A stretch of 57,365 nucleotides of DNA from Christensenellaceae bacterium (lineage in GTDB: Bacteria > Bacillota > Clostridia > Christensenellales > Borkfalkiaceae). Positions 1 through 9,204 of the stretch are shown in pieces. Position numbers and translations under genes: made by a program. Below the pieces are notes generated by a model. The model did not search any database. It saw nothing but the letters and a program-made list of their open reading frames with translations, and was not told where the DNA came from. The DNA lies in contig JAZONZ010000018.1 of NCBI GenBank assembly GCA_045654765.1, positions 1-57,365 of the forward strand. The letters are read 5' to 3'. Every line of letters starts with the position of its first letter. Position 1 is the first letter of the stretch.

Positions 1-1265
1 GTAGTAAAAATATTATCGTTATTAAATTCTTTAATTTCTTCAACGCCTTTAATAATTAAAGGTAAAAGTGTTTTTGCTACTTCTATAGAAGATTTTTGTT
101 TACTGTTTTCATATAAAGAGTTATCAAAACTATTATATTCAACTAAAAATTTAGTTTTTTCTTCAATTTCAGATAAAACTTCTATTCTCGTACGAATAAG
201 TTTTGAAATTTTTAATAAATCAAATTTTTCAACGAGTTTAGTTTTTTCAAAGAAAGGTTTTGAACGCTTTAAAAATTCCTCATCAGTCATAGCCTTTAAA
301 TATTCGCCGTTTAACCAACGAAGTTTAGTATCGTCAAAAATTGAAGGAGATTTTGAAATTCCAGATAAATCAAACAACTCTATCATTTCTTGTAAATTCA
401 TTTTTTCAGCGTTGTTTTTAGGACACCAGCCAAGTAACGCAACGTAGTTTAAAATAGCCTCTTCTAAATAACCTTTATTAACAAAATCGTCAAAGTTTGC
501 ATCGCCGTACCTTTTTGAAAGTTTTCTCGTTGCATCTTTCATAATGGTAGGAAGATGTATATAAACGGGTCTTTCCCAACCAAACGTATCGTACATAAGA
601 TTGTATTTAGGTGTAGAAGATAAATATTCAGTACCCCTTATAACGTGTGAAATTTGCATTAAATGGTCATCAACAACGTTTGCAAAATTGTAAGTAGGCA
701 TACCGTCAGACTTTATTAAAATATTATCTTCAAGGTCGGCGTAATCAACGTCAATAGAGCCGTAAATTAAATCATCATAATGGCTTGTACCTGTAAGTGG
801 AATATTTTGTCTAATAACGTAAGGCTCGCCGTTTTTTAATCTTTCTTCAATTTCTTCTTTAGAAAGTTTTAAACAATGTTTATCGTATTTTCTATTACCG
901 TTTTCATCAGTTAAACTCTCTAAACGTTCCTTAGTACAAAAACAATAATATGCTCCGCCAAGTTCTATTAGTTTTTTAGCGTATTCTAAATAAATATCTT
1001 TTCTTTCGCTTTGAATATAAGGTCCAAAATCGCCACTTTTTGACGGACCTTCATCAAAAATAAGCCCAGAGTTTAAAAGGGAAGAATAAATAACTTCTAA
1101 TGCGCCTTCAACAAATCTTTCTTTATCGGTATCTTCAATTCTTAAAATAAAATCGCCGTTATTGTGTTTTGCAAATAAATACGCATAAAGAGCGGTTCTT
1201 AAACCGCCAAGGTGCATAAAACCCGTTGGGCTTGGAGCAAATCTTGTTCTTACTTTTTTATCCAT
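1..1265 (-). CDS. gltX: glutamate--tRNA ligase; N-terminal ~421 codons in the window, C-terminus runs off the left edge
   Basis: Absent from the ORF track because it is edge-truncated. Reverse translation from the ATG at 1265 reads MDKKVRTRFAPSPTGFMHLGGLRTALYAY (HIGH-type motif). Further on it reads RKLSKRYGD (KMSKS-type motif). The frame stays open to position 1. Confidence 0.9.
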   Translation of the reverse strand, partial: MDKKVRTRFAPSPTGFMHLGGLRTALYAYLFAKHNNGDFILRIEDTDKERFVEGALEVIYSSLLNSGLIFDEGPSKSGDFGPYIQSERKDIYLEYAKKLIELGGAYYCFCTKERLESLTDENGNRKYDKHCLKLSKEEIEERLKNGEPYVIRQNIPLTGTSHYDDLIYGSIDVDYADLEDNILIKSDGMPTYNFANVVDDHLMQISHVIRGTEYLSSTPKYNLMYDTFGWERPVYIHLPTIMKDATRKLSKRYGDANFDDFVNKGYLEEAILNYVALLGWCPKNNAEKMNLQEMIELFDLSGISKSPSIFDDTKLRWLNGEYLKAMTDEEFLKRSKPFFEKTKLVEKFDLLKISKLIRTRIEVLSEIEEKTKFLVEYNSFDNSLYENSKQKSSIEVAKTLLPLIIKGVEEIKEFNNDNIFT

Positions 1266-1273
1266 AATAACTC

Positions 1274-1990
1274 CTATAATAATTCGTTTTTAATTTTGTT
1301 TTTTATAAGTTGAATTCTATTATCGTAAAAATAACTGTAAATTTCGTTTCCGCTAACTATTAAATGGTCGTAAAAGTTTACCCTTAAAGAATTTAATAAA
1401 TAAATTAGTTTTGCCGTCGTTTTATCATCGTCAAGCGAAGGTTTTGGGTACTTTGCAAAATGATTGTGAGCAATTATTATTGATGCGGGATTATTTATCG
1501 CTATACTTTTTGCTAATTTTTGCATATCAATAACTACTTGATTTTTATCGTTTGAATCAAATTTTTCTATTTTTGCAACTAAATCTTTCTTGTTTAAAAA
1601 TAGTACGTAAAAAAGTTCGTGGTCGGCTTGCTTGAATAAATCTATAATAGTTTGTTTAGATTTTTCAATAGTAGAAAGTTTGCCTTGTGATTGTTGGCTA
1701 CTTTTAGTTTTTTCAAAAATATAACTTATTAAATTTATAAGTAGAGCGGAATTTTCACCTAAACCGTCAATTTCTTTAAGTCCGTCAATATCGGCGTTTA
1801 AAACATTTTCAAGTGAGCCGAAAGTTTTAAGTAGGTGGTGAGCAATATCGTTAGTGTTTTTACGTGGAATAGAATAGCAAAGCAAGAGTTCTAAAATCTC
1901 GTGCTCTTGTAAAGAGTTTTTAGATAAATAATATCTCTCTTTTAATCTTTTTCTATGACCGGCGTGTAAATTTTCCTTTTCTATACTCAT
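1274..1990 (-). CDS. radC: RadC-family JAB/JAMM domain protein
   Basis: The N-terminal helix-hairpin-helix-like region (GHRKRLKERY, LLELLL) matches RadC. The C-terminal segment IIAHNHFAKYPKPSLDDD fits the JAMM pattern H-x-H-x7-S-x2-D. Confidence 0.8.
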   Translation of the reverse strand: MSIEKENLHAGHRKRLKERYYLSKNSLQEHEILELLLCYSIPRKNTNDIAHHLLKTFGSLENVLNADIDGLKEIDGLGENSALLINLISYIFEKTKSSQQSQGKLSTIEKSKQTIIDLFKQADHELFYVLFLNKKDLVAKIEKFDSNDKNQVVIDMQKLAKSIAINNPASIIIAHNHFAKYPKPSLDDDKTTAKLIYLLNSLRVNFYDHLIVSGNEIYSYFYDNRIQLIKNKIKNELL

Positions 1991-2094
1991 AAAACGACCT
2001 ATTTAATGTTTTTTTTAACAAATACACGAATATTATAGCACAAAAGTCAAAAAAAGTGTATAATATAAGCATACTATTTTAGGAGTTTTTTAAA

Positions 2095-3381
2095 ATGGAC
2101 AAACATTTTAATGAAAGTATTGAATTTTTAAAGCAATTATTAAAAATTAAAAGTGTTTATTCAACACCTTTAAAAGATATGCCGTTTGGTAAAGGGGTTT
2201 ACGATGCGTTAAATTTTACACTAAACAAAGCAAAAAATTTAGGGTTTGAAACGATAAATTATCAAAATTACGTTGGAGAAGTAATATTTGGCAAGGGAAA
2301 TGATGAAGACGGTCTTGCAATTTTATGCCATTTAGACGTTGTTCCCGAAGGCGATGAAAGTTTATGGACTTATCCACCTTATTCTGGAGCGGAAGTTGAT
2401 GGTAAAATTTATTCAAGAGGCGTTATTGATAATAAAGGTCCAACGGCAATTTGTTTATACGCTTTAAAGCAACTTAAAGACGAGGGTTTTATTCCAAACC
2501 GAAAAATAAAACTTATTTTAGGGTGTAACGAGGAAAGTGGTTTTTTATGTATGAAACATTATAATAAAGTTGCAAAAGCGCCTATTCAAGGCTTTGTGCC
2601 AGACGGACACTTTCCTGTAATTTATGCCGAAAAGGGAATTTTAAATTATACCTTAAAGGCTAAAAAAGATAAAAGACTTTTAAAAATTAGTGGCGGAAGC
2701 GCTATTAATATAGTTTGTGATTTTGTAGAGTGTGAAATTGATAAATTAACTGATTTTGAAACGGAAATTGCTAAAAAACACAATTTAAAAGTAGAAGGAA
2801 ATAAAGTTTATTCCTATGGAAAAAATGCACACGCATCAATTCCAGACGAAGGCGAAAACGCATTAGATAAAATGACTGAATATTTAGGCGAAATAAATTT
2901 AATTTCAACGGACGTTCATAACGGACTTTTTAAAGATTGTTATAAACTTAAACAACAAAGTGACCACTCAGGCTGTTTAACAATGTCGCCAGATATTGTT
3001 AAAAACGATAACGAATATATATATATTGAAGTAGACGTACGTTATCCGGTAAGTGTTGATGCGGAATATTTAATAAATACAATAAATAAACTTGGCGAAG
3101 TTGAAATAAGCGAAAATAAAGCGCCACATTACGTTGATAAAGAAAGTGATATAATTAAAAAATTACTTAAATGTTATAGAGAAGTAACGAACGATTATAG
3201 TGAGCCTATCGCTATGGGTGGCGGAACTTATGCTAAAACGTTAAAGCAAGGCGTTGCGTATGGGCCTATATATTCACAAGGAACGGGTGCGCATATAGTA
3301 AATGAATTTGAAGAAATTAAAGATTTAAAAACGACTTACGAAATATATTATAAAGCAATAAAAGAATTGTGTTCAAACTAA
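2095..3381 (+). CDS. M20-family dipeptidase (PepV/Sapep-like)
   Basis: M20 metal-ligand motifs are present: HLDVVPEG, GVIDNKGP and GCNEESG. Length and overall layout are typical of PepV-like dipeptidases. Confidence 0.8.
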   Translation: MDKHFNESIEFLKQLLKIKSVYSTPLKDMPFGKGVYDALNFTLNKAKNLGFETINYQNYVGEVIFGKGNDEDGLAILCHLDVVPEGDESLWTYPPYSGAEVDGKIYSRGVIDNKGPTAICLYALKQLKDEGFIPNRKIKLILGCNEESGFLCMKHYNKVAKAPIQGFVPDGHFPVIYAEKGILNYTLKAKKDKRLLKISGGSAINIVCDFVECEIDKLTDFETEIAKKHNLKVEGNKVYSYGKNAHASIPDEGENALDKMTEYLGEINLISTDVHNGLFKDCYKLKQQSDHSGCLTMSPDIVKNDNEYIYIEVDVRYPVSVDAEYLINTINKLGEVEISENKAPHYVDKESDIIKKLLKCYREVTNDYSEPIAMGGGTYAKTLKQGVAYGPIYSQGTGAHIVNEFEEIKDLKTTYEIYYKAIKELCSN

Positions 3382-3386
3382 AAAAA

Positions 3387-3412
3387 AGTGTTTTGCAATT
3401 TTGCAAAACACT
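3387..3412. terminator. bidirectional intrinsic terminator between convergent genes
   Basis: Perfect 11-bp stem agtgttttgca/tgcaaaacact with a 4-nt loop. An A-run lies upstream and a T-run downstream. Confidence 0.75.
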
Positions 3413-3426
3413 TTTTAATTTTTAGA

Positions 3427-3870
3427 TTATAAAGCCACAACATCAACCGTAATTTTTGCTATAACTTCAGGCAAAAATTTAATTTCAACGGCATAAGAGC
3501 CTAAATTTTTAATAGTATCTTTAAGTAAAACTTTCTTTTTGTCAACGTTGAAACCAAGTTCGTTAACAGCATCAGCAATTTCTTTAGAAGTAACAGAGCC
3601 GAAAATTTTACCATTTTCACCGCATTTAATTTTTACGGTAATTTTTTTGCCCGTTAAATTTTTTGCTTGTTCTTTTAATGCTTTTATTTCTTCATTTTTA
3701 TGAAATTCAAGCGATTTATTTTTAATGTTTAAACTATTTAATTTTACGGGAGTTGCTTCTTCACAAAGACCTTTTTTAATTAAAAAATTCCTTGCATAGC
3801 CATCAGATACTTCTATAACTTCGCCCGCTTTACCCGTGCCCTTAACGTCTTTTAATAAAATAACTTTCAT
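3427..3870 (-). CDS. rplI: 50S ribosomal protein L9
   Basis: [30 protein letters not shown] is the canonical L9 N-terminus. I placed the start at the internal ATG at 3870, which has an AGAGG RBS, rather than at the track start of 3918. Confidence 0.95.
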   Translation of the reverse strand: MKVILLKDVKGTGKAGEVIEVSDGYARNFLIKKGLCEEATPVKLNSLNIKNKSLEFHKNEEIKALKEQAKNLTGKKITVKIKCGENGKIFGSVTSKEIADAVNELGFNVDKKKVLLKDTIKNLGSYAVEIKFLPEVIAKITVDVVAL

Positions 3871-4088
3871 AATAATACCTCTTAATTTTATTGTAAACCA
3901 AAAAAATAAAAATGTCAATAAGTATATGCTTAAAGCAATAATTATATATTAAAATTTTTTAAAATATAAAACAGATAAATTGTTGATATTATTATTTAAA
4001 AAAGTCTTTACAAATAATAATATATAAAGTATAATCAAAAAGAAAATAGGCAAAAACGCTGTAAAAACAGGTAAAGAGGTAATTTTAA

Positions 4089-5408
4089 ATGGTAAAAAAA
4101 TTTAAGGAAAAAAGTGGAGTTATATATAATCCGTACATAGGTTTTACAAGTTTTCAACATTTTCGTGGCGAAAGTTTGTATTCAGATTGTATCGTTAGCG
4201 TAAATTCGGGTATTGCAACTTGTGAAACGGAAGATTACGAGTGCTATCCCGTACCAGAAGGCGTAGAAGAAAATGGTAGAAGTCAAGGCTATTATCCTGA
4301 TACGACTGTGGCGTATATAAGAGTGCTTTGGAAAGAGTTTGAGAAAGAACAAGGCGTTTACGACTATGATTTTATTCAATCTATATTAGATAAAGCAAAA
4401 GAAAAGGGTCAAACGGTAATGTTTAGACTTATGCCTCACAGCACTTGTAGCAGAGATGACGTTCCAGACTGGTTAAAGGAAATTATGCCTTGTCCTGAAA
4501 GACCTGACGGAATGAGGGTTAAAGATTCTCCAACCGACCCAAGATATTTAAAATTATTTGGCAAGGCTGTCGAAGCGTTTGGATTAAAGTTTGATAGTAA
4601 TAAAACCTTAGACTGTATGGACGTTTCTTTAGGCGGAGCGTGGGGCGAAGGACATCAAAAATTCCCAAAAGAAGATACTGAGGCACTTATGGATATATAC
4701 ATTAAAGTGTTCAAAAATACTAAACTTTTAGGACAATGTAGTAACGGCACAATGCTTAATTATATTGCTAAACAAAGGGCTGTAGGTTGGCGTTCAGATG
4801 GAACGGGACACCCTAACCATACTAATATTTGGCTACCAACGGCACTTGAAAAACTAAAACACGAACACTGGAAAACAGCGCCTATATCTTTTGAAAGTTA
4901 TTGGTGGATAAGCGAGTGGTATCGTCACGGTTGGAATATTGATGAAATTATTGAACGCACTTTATCGTTACATATAAGCACTTTTAATACAAAATCGTTT
5001 CCTATTCAGTATGAAATAAAAGATAAAATCGAATACTGGCTTACGAAAATGGGTTATCGTTTTAATTTAAAAGAAATTGAACATAATGAAAGTGTAAAAG
5101 CGGGCGAAAACTTAAAAATTTCATTAAGCGTAGAAAATTTAGGCGTTGCGCCTATATATAATAAACTTCCATTAACTTTAAAACTTAAAGGTGAAAAGGA
5201 ATATATTATAGAAACAAACGTTGATATAACTAAATGGCTTCCTGGAAGTTATAACGAAGTTATAAACGTAGATACGAGCAATTTTGAAAAAGGCGAATAT
5301 TTTATAGAACTTGCAATAGGTGGCGGTGAAATGCCGGTTGTTAAACTTGCAACGGAAGTAGACTTTGACGGCTTATATCACAATTTATCAAAAGTAGAAA
5401 TTAAATAA
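4089..5408 (+). CDS. hypothetical protein, probable glycoside-hydrolase-like TIM-barrel protein (DUF4832/GH42-like)
   Basis: Intact 439-aa ORF with no signal peptide. Motifs such as NPYIGF and YIRVLWKEFEKEQGVYDYDF resemble the DUF4874/DUF4832 family from memory, but this is not verified. Confidence 0.45.
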   Translation: MVKKFKEKSGVIYNPYIGFTSFQHFRGESLYSDCIVSVNSGIATCETEDYECYPVPEGVEENGRSQGYYPDTTVAYIRVLWKEFEKEQGVYDYDFIQSILDKAKEKGQTVMFRLMPHSTCSRDDVPDWLKEIMPCPERPDGMRVKDSPTDPRYLKLFGKAVEAFGLKFDSNKTLDCMDVSLGGAWGEGHQKFPKEDTEALMDIYIKVFKNTKLLGQCSNGTMLNYIAKQRAVGWRSDGTGHPNHTNIWLPTALEKLKHEHWKTAPISFESYWWISEWYRHGWNIDEIIERTLSLHISTFNTKSFPIQYEIKDKIEYWLTKMGYRFNLKEIEHNESVKAGENLKISLSVENLGVAPIYNKLPLTLKLKGEKEYIIETNVDITKWLPGSYNEVINVDTSNFEKGEYFIELAIGGGEMPVVKLATEVDFDGLYHNLSKVEIK

Positions 5409-5416
5409 TAAAAACC

Positions 5417-5450
5417 AACCCCCTTAACTCAGTTAGTTGCTAAGGGGGTT
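5417..5450. terminator. hairpin between convergent genes
   Basis: 10-bp stem aaccccctta/taagggggtt with a 14-nt loop. Confidence 0.6.
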
Positions 5451-5547
5451 AGTCATTTTAAGGTGGTTCAATTGATAGTATAATTCAACCTTATTATTAA
5501 AGATAGCATTGCATTTTGCAACGTTGTTTTTAATTATTGTTTGCGTA

Positions 5548-7386
5548 TTATTTGTTGTTGTAAACAACAGTAACGCCGTCGTGCGTAGCCTTGCCGTAAA
5601 CGCCTTGCCCACCACCAAATAATTGGTCAAACTCGCAAAGGATATGGTGGTCCTCGCCGTCATTGTGAACGTGATTATCGTCAACAACTTTGTTTCCGTT
5701 AGCGTCGGTAGGTTGTCCGTATCTAGGGTTAGAGTATGCGCTATTGCTAACGCCTTCTTGAACTCTAACGTAAGGCCAATTTGTTCCTGCAAATTCACAG
5801 TAAGTGTAATTTGCCCACTCGCCGTAAATAACGGTAACGTTTTCACAAGTGAGTTGTGGAGCGCTGGCAACGGTAGTGCCGTCAATTTCTTCGGTTGCGC
5901 CCGTATTACCTATAATCATTCCTGCACGACGATAAGCATACCATTGATAAGAAGAAGTAACGTCGTTAAAAGCATCAATTCTACAAGATATAGTACAATC
6001 TTTTAACAAGATTTCCGCATTAGTACTTGCTCCGCCTATAACTCCACCAATAGAGTTGTCAAAATCGCCCCATTGTGCAGCGACGTTAGTTGAAGAGTCT
6101 ATATTGCAGTTTGTAAAAGTTGATTTACCCGAAGCCCAGCCAACTATACCGCCTGCATAATATTGATAATCGGCAACGTTAGCGTTTTTAATGGTAATAT
6201 TTTCAAAAGTACAATTGTCACCTGCAACGGAAGCAACGCTACCACATAAAGCGCTTTCGCCTGAAATTTCTACACCGTCAAGAGTTAGGTTTTTAATCGT
6301 AGCGTTTTCAATTGCACCAAATAAACCTAAACCAAGGTCTCCGTAATAATATCCGTTATTAAGAGCCCACGTGTTTTGATAAAGGTTAGAAATTGTGTGC
6401 CCATTTCCGTCGAAAGTACCCATAAAAATATTGTCGTTTCTATACGAGCCGATAGGGTCGAAACAAACGTATTCGCCGTTTGCGTCTTTTATGCCAAGGT
6501 CTAAATCAGCGTTAAGGGTAATTGTTTTACCTTCAAACGTATTGCCTTCGTCAACTAACTTTCCTAAACCTGCAAACTGCTCTGCAGTTGTTAAAGTGAA
6601 TTTTGTATCTTCTTCATTATACCAAGTTGTGTCAATTGTTCCGTTCCAAGTTGAAGGAATTGATGGAAGTGACGGATAAGTGGCGTTTATATCGTAATAA
6701 AAGCCGTCGCCATCGTTTTCATAACTTACTTGCGTTGCTACAAGTGCAACGGCAAAGTCAATAGATAAACCACCCGGAACGTTAAATTCGTTGTCGTTTT
6801 CAGTAGGCTCCCAAAAAACTCCTATTTCGTAAGTGATAGACTCTTGTGGAAGTAGGTACGCTTCTAAAGTAAAGCCGTTTTTAAAAGAAGGCATATTTAT
6901 AGGGTCGTAGTTGGGAACAGCAGTATCTAATTGTAATGCTTCAAGATTAGAGTCACCCATAACGTTATCCGTACCCGTATTTTTGTTACGTGTTAATGCG
7001 TAAATGGTGAGCGCATCTGCAAGTGATTTACCTGTTGGGGTTAAAGTTTCGTTTGCGCTGATAATACTTAATTGATATTTAAGGGCAAGCGAACCGTTGT
7101 TAGATACTTCAAAGCGTCCACTTGCAAAAGAACCTGGTTCCCACGTTATAGTGTCGCCGTTTATATCAGTGAAAATTTTGGTATTTTCATTAACTTCTTC
7201 GGCTGTGCCGTTGTATGAATTACTATAAGTTAACGAGACGTCTAAATTGCCAGAGTGAATTTTATTTATTCCACTCGTTGATGAGTCCGTAAACCATGCA
7301 AAAGTAGTTCCAATGAGCGAACTAAAACTAATAGCAATAGCAATAAGACTGCTAATTATAATTTTTCCTGCGTTTTTAACTTTCAT
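5548..7386 (-). CDS. secreted TasA/camelysin-like protein with a SipW-cognate signal peptide, fused to a C-terminal beta-helix (GLUG-motif-like) region
   Basis: The N-terminus MKVKNAGKIIISSLIAIAISFSSLIGTTFAWFTDSSTSG carries the AWFTD signature of SipW-dependent TasA/camelysin proteins. The C-terminal ~370 aa has repeated FDGNGHTISNL, GLGLFG, IKNLTLDG and GGIVGWASG motifs. The gene lies directly downstream of a SipW-type peptidase. Confidence 0.8.
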   Translation of the reverse strand: MKVKNAGKIIISSLIAIAISFSSLIGTTFAWFTDSSTSGINKIHSGNLDVSLTYSNSYNGTAEEVNENTKIFTDINGDTITWEPGSFASGRFEVSNNGSLALKYQLSIISANETLTPTGKSLADALTIYALTRNKNTGTDNVMGDSNLEALQLDTAVPNYDPINMPSFKNGFTLEAYLLPQESITYEIGVFWEPTENDNEFNVPGGLSIDFAVALVATQVSYENDGDGFYYDINATYPSLPSIPSTWNGTIDTTWYNEEDTKFTLTTAEQFAGLGKLVDEGNTFEGKTITLNADLDLGIKDANGEYVCFDPIGSYRNDNIFMGTFDGNGHTISNLYQNTWALNNGYYYGDLGLGLFGAIENATIKNLTLDGVEISGESALCGSVASVAGDNCTFENITIKNANVADYQYYAGGIVGWASGKSTFTNCNIDSSTNVAAQWGDFDNSIGGVIGGASTNAEILLKDCTISCRIDAFNDVTSSYQWYAYRRAGMIIGNTGATEEIDGTTVASAPQLTCENVTVIYGEWANYTYCEFAGTNWPYVRVQEGVSNSAYSNPRYGQPTDANGNKVVDDNHVHNDGEDHHILCEFDQLFGGGQGVYGKATHDGVTVVYNNK

Positions 7387-7416
7387 TGTTGTTTCTCCTA
7401 TATAATTAAAAACATT

Positions 7417-8976
7417 TTATTTTTTGTTTTTTAAAATTTTTATAAAATTTATTTCCTTGAAATTGGGATTTTTTTCAAGGCTGTATCTTTCAGCGATTAT
7501 ACTTGTTAGTTTTATAGCGTTATTGCAAGCACGCTCGCTTTTGATTTTAACTGCAAAAGGAACTTCTTCATAAGCCTTTACGTCAGACATATCTTTTTGA
7601 AAATATACGTTAGGGTTAAATTCGTTTACGTCTAAATTAAAATATGCCGTTAGAGTTTTTCCACGAATACCTATCTTTGCAAGCAAAACCCTTCCTTTTT
7701 TATAAGACATGCCTCTAAACGAAATCCTTGAGTTTACTTTTTTATAAGACGCAAGTTCATTGTGTAATTTATTAAAAAAGTTGCGTACGTCTTTTTTTGA
7801 GTTAATCAATTTTTCTGAAAATGGTTTTTTTTGCGTTTCAGGAATACTTAATTTATCATTGTCAACAACAGAGTCGTCAAGCGTGGTAGCAATTGTATCA
7901 ATCGTAGAAGATTCTTTTGTTTGTTGTGAGTCACAAGGTTTGTTGTTTGATGTAGTCATACTTTGACAAATAGTTGAAGCGGGCTGTACGTTAAGTTGTG
8001 GTATTTGCACATCATTACCTATTATTTGATATATAGTTATAGGTGTTTGATACGTAGCGTGCGAATTCATTGGAACGGCGTTTTCCATCGTTTGATTCGC
8101 CATAGGCATTTGTGCCGGTGCAATTACTATATCTTGATGAGCCGTCGTTTCTTGGTTTGGCGCCATTTGATATATGGTAGGTTGCGACATATAAGGCGAT
8201 GGAGTATACGTTATCGATATCGTTTGGCGTATTGTAGGCGTTTGAACTTGTTCAATAGTTACTGGTGTTTGATTTTGTTCTACGATAGGAGGCTGAGTTG
8301 ATTTAGATTCAACCGTTTCTAACGTAGAAGAATCAGTTTGAGTAGCGTTTGTAAGTGTGTTGTTGCTTTGTTCTTTTTCAAATTCTTTCATGCCGAGGAC
8401 CTTTCCTATTCTAATGCTAAAAAATATTATTAGTGATACGCCGGGGATTAAAATACTTAAATAAAATCCACGTGGCGTTTTTAAAGCAGAAAACAAGTTG
8501 CCTATTACGGGGATTTTAAAAACGTATTTTCCTACAAGGTGTTCGGGTTTAACTTCAACAACGTCGTTTGCCCCCGTGTTTATACCGTACGTAACAAAGC
8601 CCGTTACTTGTCCTGCGCTTGAATATTTTATTTCACGTATTTTATGCGATACCGTTTTCCCCATACTTTCAGAGTTGTAAGATAAAAACGAAATAACGTC
8701 ACCAACCTTAAGGTCGTTAGGGTTATCAATTCTACTAATAACTATAACGTCACCAGCGTTAAACGAGATAGGTTCGTTTTCGCTAATAGCAGACTTACTC
8801 ATTGAGTTTGTGTTAACTAATAATATTTTGTGGCCAAAAATTTCTTTTCCGTTATTTTCACCACTCATTACGGCAAGCGTAGTTAAAATGGCAGTAATAA
8901 CGGCTACAAAAAGAGAAACCCAAGCAAATACCGATAATATCTTATCAAATATAAATCTATTTTCTATTTTCCTCAT
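7417..8976 (-). CDS. sipW: SipW-type (ER/archaeal-type) signal peptidase I with a ~330-aa C-terminal extension
   Basis: The first ~190 aa comprise an N-terminal TM, the catalytic Ser context VNTNSMSKS, the His context VSHKIREI and a second TM (FYLSILIPGVSLIIFFSI). A Q/T/P-rich linker follows. It ends in a ~125-aa basic globular domain (ISFRGMSYKKGRVLLAKIGIRGKTLTAYFNLD). Confidence 0.8.
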   Translation of the reverse strand: MRKIENRFIFDKILSVFAWVSLFVAVITAILTTLAVMSGENNGKEIFGHKILLVNTNSMSKSAISENEPISFNAGDVIVISRIDNPNDLKVGDVISFLSYNSESMGKTVSHKIREIKYSSAGQVTGFVTYGINTGANDVVEVKPEHLVGKYVFKIPVIGNLFSALKTPRGFYLSILIPGVSLIIFFSIRIGKVLGMKEFEKEQSNNTLTNATQTDSSTLETVESKSTQPPIVEQNQTPVTIEQVQTPTIRQTISITYTPSPYMSQPTIYQMAPNQETTAHQDIVIAPAQMPMANQTMENAVPMNSHATYQTPITIYQIIGNDVQIPQLNVQPASTICQSMTTSNNKPCDSQQTKESSTIDTIATTLDDSVVDNDKLSIPETQKKPFSEKLINSKKDVRNFFNKLHNELASYKKVNSRISFRGMSYKKGRVLLAKIGIRGKTLTAYFNLDVNEFNPNVYFQKDMSDVKAYEEVPFAVKIKSERACNNAIKLTSIIAERYSLEKNPNFKEINFIKILKNKK

Positions 8977-9047
8977 TATTTTCCTTGAACGTAAAACGTG
9001 GTTGATTTTATTTTAAAAACGCATGCAAAAAACAAACGATAAAATCA

Positions 9048-9076
9048 ATTATATGTGTGTTGCACATTTTTGTCAA
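9048..9076 (-). promoter_or_regulatory. sigma-A-type promoter of the sipW/tasA-like operon
   Basis: On the minus strand, TTGACA (9076-9071), a 17-nt spacer and TATAAT (9053-9048) are all consensus. The element lies ~75 nt upstream of the sipW start. Confidence 0.7.
9053..9067. promoter_or_regulatory. inverted-repeat operator O1 (ATGTG-N5-CACAT)
   Basis: The sequence atgtgtgttgcacat sits inside the -35/-10 spacer of the sipW promoter. A second copy occurs at 9151-9165. Confidence 0.55.
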
Positions 9077-9150
9077 ACGTTTTTATTTAAATTTTGAAAA
9101 TTTTTTATTTAAAATAATAGAAAATATCGTATTTCATACACCATATAGTT

Positions 9151-9165
9151 ATGTGTTGTACACAT
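9151..9165. promoter_or_regulatory. inverted-repeat operator O2 (ATGTG-N5-CACAT)
   Basis: The sequence atgtgttgtacacat overlaps the -35-like ttgtac (9156-9161) of the XRE gene promoter, whose -10 TATAAT is at 9179-9184 after a 17-nt spacer. Confidence 0.55.
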
Positions 9166-9204
9166 ATTTGAATAAAAATATAATTGTTGTGATAAAATAA
9201 AATT

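Noticed and set aside
5433-6679. Track ORFs 5433-5885(-), 5623-6006(+) and 6395-6679(+), which overlap the TasA-like gene
   Set aside because: They lie entirely inside, or antisense to, a long ORF with clear family signatures. They have biased low-complexity composition (T/L/V/S-rich), no RBS and no recognisable motifs. They are shadow ORFs. The same reasoning applies to 2216-2416, 4182-4379, 7760-8680, 11453-11985, 12363-13880, 13960-14804, 21536-22159, 23151-23525, 23832-24209, 31098-31778, 33304-34359, 35184-35444, 35965-36234, 37470-38030, 40812-41060, 42507-42844, 43716-43953, 47982-48257, 49830-50648, 52734-52940, 53728-53922, 54151-54414 and 54819-55001.
7990-8330. Arg/Tyr/Leu-rich 101-aa ORF (7996-8301, +) and apparent repetitiveness of this stretch
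   Set aside because: It is the antisense shadow of the Q/T/P-rich linker of the sipW extension. The composition is an artefact of the complementary strand.
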